From the NCBI GenBank assembly GCA_964016885.1, contig OZ024749.1, positions 16,306,001 to 16,370,000 on the forward strand: a stretch of 64,000 nt of DNA. Direction: 5' to 3'. Below the pieces are notes generated by a model. That model saw only the letters and a list, made by a program, of their open reading frames with translations. It searched no databases and had not been told where the DNA came from. Both the position numbers and the translations under genes were made by a program. Positions 57,888 through 64,000 of this stretch are shown one piece after another. The first letter of the stretch is position 1; the number at the start of each line of letters is the position of its first letter. The DNA is from Eledone cirrhosa. Taxonomy: Eukaryota.

Positions 57888-58087
57888 NNNNNNNNNNNNN
57901 NNNNNNNNNNNNNNNNNNNNNNNNNNNNNNNNNNNNNNNNNNNNNNNNNNNNNNNNNNNNNNNNNNNNNNNNNNNNNNNNNNNNNNNNNNNNNNNNNNNN
58001 NNNNNNNNNNNNNNNNNNNNNNNNNNNNNNNNNNNNNNNNNNNNNNNNNNNNNNNNNNNNNNNNNNNNNNNNNNNNNNNNNNNNNNN
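57888..58087. other. Assembly gap (200 N)
   Basis: Run of 200 N, a typical fixed-size scaffolding gap; true distance and adjacency are unknown. Confidence 0.98.
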
Positions 58088-61000
58088 CCACTACACCACC
58101 ACTACCAAAACACACACCACTACCACTAACACACCACCACCACAACAACCACACCACTACCACTAAACACCACCACCACTAACACCACCACTACCACAAA
58201 CACCACCACTAACCACTAACAACACCACTACCACTAACACCACCACTACCACTAACAACACCACTACCACTAACAACACCACCACTACACAACACCACTA
58301 CCACTACCACTACCACCAACACACACTAACACACCACCACTACCACTAACAACACCACTACCACTAACACCACCACTACCACTAACACCACTACACAACA
58401 CCACTACACCACCACACCACCAACCACTAACACCACACACCACTACCACTAACACCACCACTACCACTAACAACACCACTACCACTAACAACACCACTAC
58501 CACTAACACCACCACTACCACTAACACACCACACACTAACAACACCCCACTAACACCACCACACCCTAACACCACCACTACCACTAACAACACCACACCA
58601 CTAACAACACCACCACCACTAACACACCACAACACCTAACACCACCACTACCACTAACACCACACACTAACACACCACACCCTAACAACACCACTACCAC
58701 TAACAACACCACACCACTAACAACACCACCACCACTAACACCACCACCCACTAACAACACCACTACCACTAACAACACCACTACCACTAACAACACCACT
58801 ACCACTAACAACACCACTACCACTAACAACACCACAACCACTACCCACCCTACCACCACAACACCACCAACACACCCACCACCACCACTAACAACACCAC
58901 CACAACAACCACCACCACCACACCACACCACACCCACTACCACCACCACTAACAACACCACCACCACTAACAACACCACACCACTACACAACACCACCAC
59001 CACTACACCACCACCAACACACCACCACCACACACACCACACCACACCACCACTAACACCACCACTACACAACACCACCCCACCACTAACAACACCCACC
59101 ACTACCACACCACCACTAACAACACCACACCACAACCACCACCACCACCACTAACAACACCACCACCACTAACAACACCACTACCACCACCACACAACAC
59201 CACCACCCACTAACCACCACCACTAACACCACCACTACCAACACCACCACCACCACCACCACCACAACACCACCACACACCACCACCACCACAACACCAC
59301 CACACCACTAACACACCACCACCACTAACAACACCACTACCACTAACAACACCACCACCACTAACAACACCACCACCACTAACACCACCACACCACTAAC
59401 AACACCACCACTAACACACCACTACCACTACCAACACCCCACTAACAACACCACTACCACTAACAACACCACACCACACACACCACCACCACTACAACAC
59501 CACACCACCACCACAACCACCCTACCACTAACAACACCACCACCACTAACACCACACCACCACCACAACACCACCACCACTAACAACACCACACCACTAA
59601 CAACACCACAACCACTAACAACACCACACCACTAACAACACCACCACCACTAACAACACCACCACCACTAACAACACCACCACCACTAACAACACCACCA
59701 CCACTAACAACACCACCCACTACACACCACCCACAACCACTAACAACACCACTACCACTAACAACACCACACCACTAACAACACCACCACCACTAACAAC
59801 ACCACCACCACTAACACACCACCAACCACTAACAACACACAACACCACTACCACAACACCACCACCACTAACAACACCACCACAACTAACACCACCACTA
59901 CCACTAACAACACCACTACCACTAACAACACCACCACACTACAACACCACCACCACTAACAACACCACTACCACTAACAACACCACCACCACTAACAACA
60001 CACTACCACTAACAACACCACCACCACTAACAACACCACTACACTAACAACACCACTACCACTAACACACCACCACCACTAACACCACCACCACCAACAA
60101 CACCACCACCACCACACCACTAACACCACCACCACCACTAACAACACCACTACCACTAACAACACCACCACCACTAACAACAACACCACCACTAACACCA
60201 CCACCACACCACTAACACCACCACTACCACTAACAACACCACTACCACTAACAACACCACCACCACACAACACCACCACTAACAACACCACTACCACCTA
60301 CCACTAACACACCACTACCACTAACAACACCACTACCACTAACAACACAAACCACTATCACCCACTACCACTAACAACACCACCACCACTAACAACACCA
60401 CCACCACTAACACCACCACCACCACTAACAACACCACTAACACCACCACCACACTAACAACACCACTACCACTAACAACACCACTACCACTAACAACACC
60501 ACCACCACTAACAACACCACCACCACTAACTCCACCACTACCACTAACAACACCACTACCACTAACAACACCACTACCACTAACACCACCACCACGACTA
60601 ACACCACCACTACCACTAACAACACCACTACCACTAACACACCACTACCACTAACACCACCACCACCACTAACACCACCACCACCACTAACAACACCACT
60701 ACCACTAACAACACCACTACCACTAACACCACCACCACCACTAACACCACCACGACCACTAACAACACACTACCACTAACAACACCACTACCACTAACAC
60801 CACCACCACGACTAACACCACCACTACCACTAACAACACCACTACCACTAACAACACCACTACCACTAACACCACCACTACCACTAACACCACCACTACC
60901 ACTAACAACACCACTACACTAACACCACCACTACCACTAACAACATCACTACCACTAACAACACACTACCTCTAACACCACCACTACCACTAACAACACC

Positions 61001-64000
61001 ACTACCACTAACAACACCACCACCACTAACAACACCACTACCACTAACACCACCACTACCACTAACAACACCACTACCACTAACACCACCACTACCACTA
61101 ACAACACCACTACCACTAACAACACCACTACCACTAACAACACCACTACCACTAACAACACCACTACCACTAACAACACCACTACCACTAATAACACCAC
61201 TACCACTAACAACACCACCACCACTAACAACACCACTAACAACACCACTACCGCTAACAACACCACTACCACTAACAACACCACTACCACTAACAACACC
61301 ACTACCACTAACAACACCACTACCACTAACACTACCACTAACACCACCACTACCACTAACAACACCACCACCACTAACAACACCACTAACACACCACTAC
61401 CACTAACAACACCACCACCACTAACAATACCACCACCACTAACAACACCACTACCAGTAACAACACCACCACCACTAACAACACCACCACCTCCACCACC
61501 ACTAACAACACCACTAACACCACCACTACCACTAACAACACCACTACCACTAACAACACCACCACCACCACCACCACTAACAACACCGCTAACAACACCA
61601 CCACCACTAACAACACCACTAGCACTAACAACACCACCACCACCACCACTAACACCACCACTACCACTAACACCACCACTACCACTAACACCACAACCAC
61701 CACTAACACCAACACCACCACTAACACCACAACCACCACCACCACTAACACCACCACTACCACTAACAACACCACTACCACTAACAACACCACTACCACT
61801 AACAACACCACTACCACTAACAACACCACCACCACTAACAACACCACCACCACTAACACCACCACCACCACTAACAACACCACTAACACCACCACCACCA
61901 CTAACAACACCACTAACAACACCACTACCACTAACAACACACTAACAACACCACTACCACTAACAACACACCACCACCACCACCACTAACAACACCACTA
62001 CACCACACCACCACTAACACACCACTACCACTAACAACACCACTACCACTAACAACACCACTACCACTAACAACACCACTACCACTAACACCACCACCAC
62101 CACTAACACCACCACCACCACTAACAACACCACTACCACTAACAACACCACTACCACAAAACACCACCACCACCACCACCACCACTAACAACACCAATAC
62201 CACTAACAACCCACAACACCACCACCACCACTAACAACACCACTACCACAACACCACTACCACTACAACACCACTACCACTAACAACACCACTACCACTA
62301 ACAACACCACCACCACCACCACCACTAACAACAACACTAACACACCACTACCACTAACACACCACTACCACTAACACCACAACTACCACTAACAACACCA
62401 CTACCACTAACAACACCACCACCACTAACAACACCATAACCACTAACAACACCACTACCACTACAACACCACTACCACTAACAACACCACTACCACTAAC
62501 ACCACCACTACCACTAACACACCACTACCACTAACAACACCACTACCACTAACAACACCACTACCACTAACAACACCACTACACAACCACCACTACCACT
62601 AACACCACACTACCACTAACAACACCACCACACTAACAACACCACTACCACTAACAACACCACTACCACTAACAACACCACTACCACTAACACCACCACT
62701 ACCACTAACAACACACCACACTAACAACACCACTAACACCACCACTACCACTAAAAACACCACTACCACTAACACCACCACTAGCACTAACAACACCACC
62801 ACACTAACAACACCACTAACACCACCACTACCACTAACACCACCACTACCACTAACACCACCACTACCACTAACACCACCACTACCACTAACAACACCAC
62901 TACCACTAACAGCACACTACCACTAACAACACCACTACACTAACAACACCACCACCACTAACAACACCACTACCACTAACAACACCACTACCACTAACAA
63001 CACCACTACCACTAACAAAACCACCACCACAAACAACACCACTACCACTAACACCACCACTACCACTACACCACCACTACCACTAACACCACCACTACCA
63101 CTAACACCACCACTACCACTAACACCACCACTACGACTAACAACACCACTACCACTAACAACACCACTACCACTAACAACACCACCACCACTAACAACAC
63201 CACTAACACCACCACTACCACTAACAACACCACTACCACTAACAACACCACCACGACTAACAACACCACTAACACCACCACTACCACTAACAACACCACT
63301 ACCACTAACACCACCACTACCACTAACACCACCACTAACACTAACAACACCACTACCACTAGCAACACCACTACCACTAACACCACCACTACCACTAACA
63401 GCACCACCACCACTAACAACACCACTAACACCACCACTACCACTAAACAACCACTACCACTACACACCACCACTACCACTAACAACACCACTACCACTAA
63501 CAACACCACAACAACCACCACCACTAACAACACCACTAACACCACCACTACCACTAACAACACCACTACCACTAACAACACCACCACCACTAACAACACC
63601 ACTACCACTAACAACACACCACCACCAACACCACTAACAACACCACTAACACACCAGTACCACTAACAACACCACTACCATAACAACACCACCACCACTA
63701 ACAACACCACCACCACTAACACCACCACCACCACTAACAACACCACTAACACCACCACCACCACTAACAACACCACTTCCACTAACAACACCACTACCAC
63801 TAACACACCACTAACAACACCACTACCACTAACAACACCACTACCACAACAACACACACCACTAACAACACCACTACCACTACACCACCACCACCACTAC
63901 AACACCACTACCACTAACAACAACACCACCACTAACAACACCACTACCACTAACACCACCACTACCACTAACACACCACTACCACTAACACACCACTAAC
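58088..64000 (+). repeat. 18-bp ACC-rich minisatellite (AACAACACCACTACCACT / AACACCACCACTACCACT), indel-rich near the gap
   Basis: The unit is clearest at about 61000-61350; G-poor top strand; many 1-2 bp deletions at 58.1-60.9 kb; runs off the right edge of the window. Confidence 0.9.

Noticed and set aside
54426-58182. YI/CV/HT-rich ORFs and the repeated 60-74 aa ORFs in the 468-bp units
   Set aside because: Translations of microsatellites or identical repeat units; some run through the N gap.

Overview
Eukaryotic, repeat-dominated animal-type DNA with no recognisable host gene. The dense (TA)n/(CA)n/(TATC)n tracts resemble a cephalopod or other mollusc genome, but that is inference only. 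Five zones. (1) 1-~44,470: strand-asymmetric (almost G-free top strand) 45-bp ACC/ACT satellite with kb-scale higher-order duplications; the poly-Val/Thr/Pro ORFs there are artefacts of it. (2) ~44,600-54,300: head-to-tail array of about 11 same-strand pieces of a Tx1/L1-clade non-LTR retrotransposon. One is full-length (broken ORF1, intact 1,145-aa EN-RT ORF2), the rest are 5'-truncated copies of at least 3 subfamilies, and nearly all junctions lie in (TATC)n, suggesting a TATC/GATA-microsatellite-specific element that re-targets its own tails. The 3' UTRs share hairpins with compensatory changes. (3) 54.3-56.5 kb: microsatellites and short repeat fragments. (4) 56,510-57,887: a 468-bp tandem repeat (2.8 copies, cut by a gap), each unit carrying a minimal type I hammerhead ribozyme, preceded by a 67-bp inverted piece (retrozyme or Penelope-like architecture; predicted 468-nt self-cleaved, possibly circular RNA). 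(5) After a 200-N gap, a noisy 18-bp ACC-rich minisatellite related to the 45-mer. All analysis was by eye; boundaries are approximate to a few bp.
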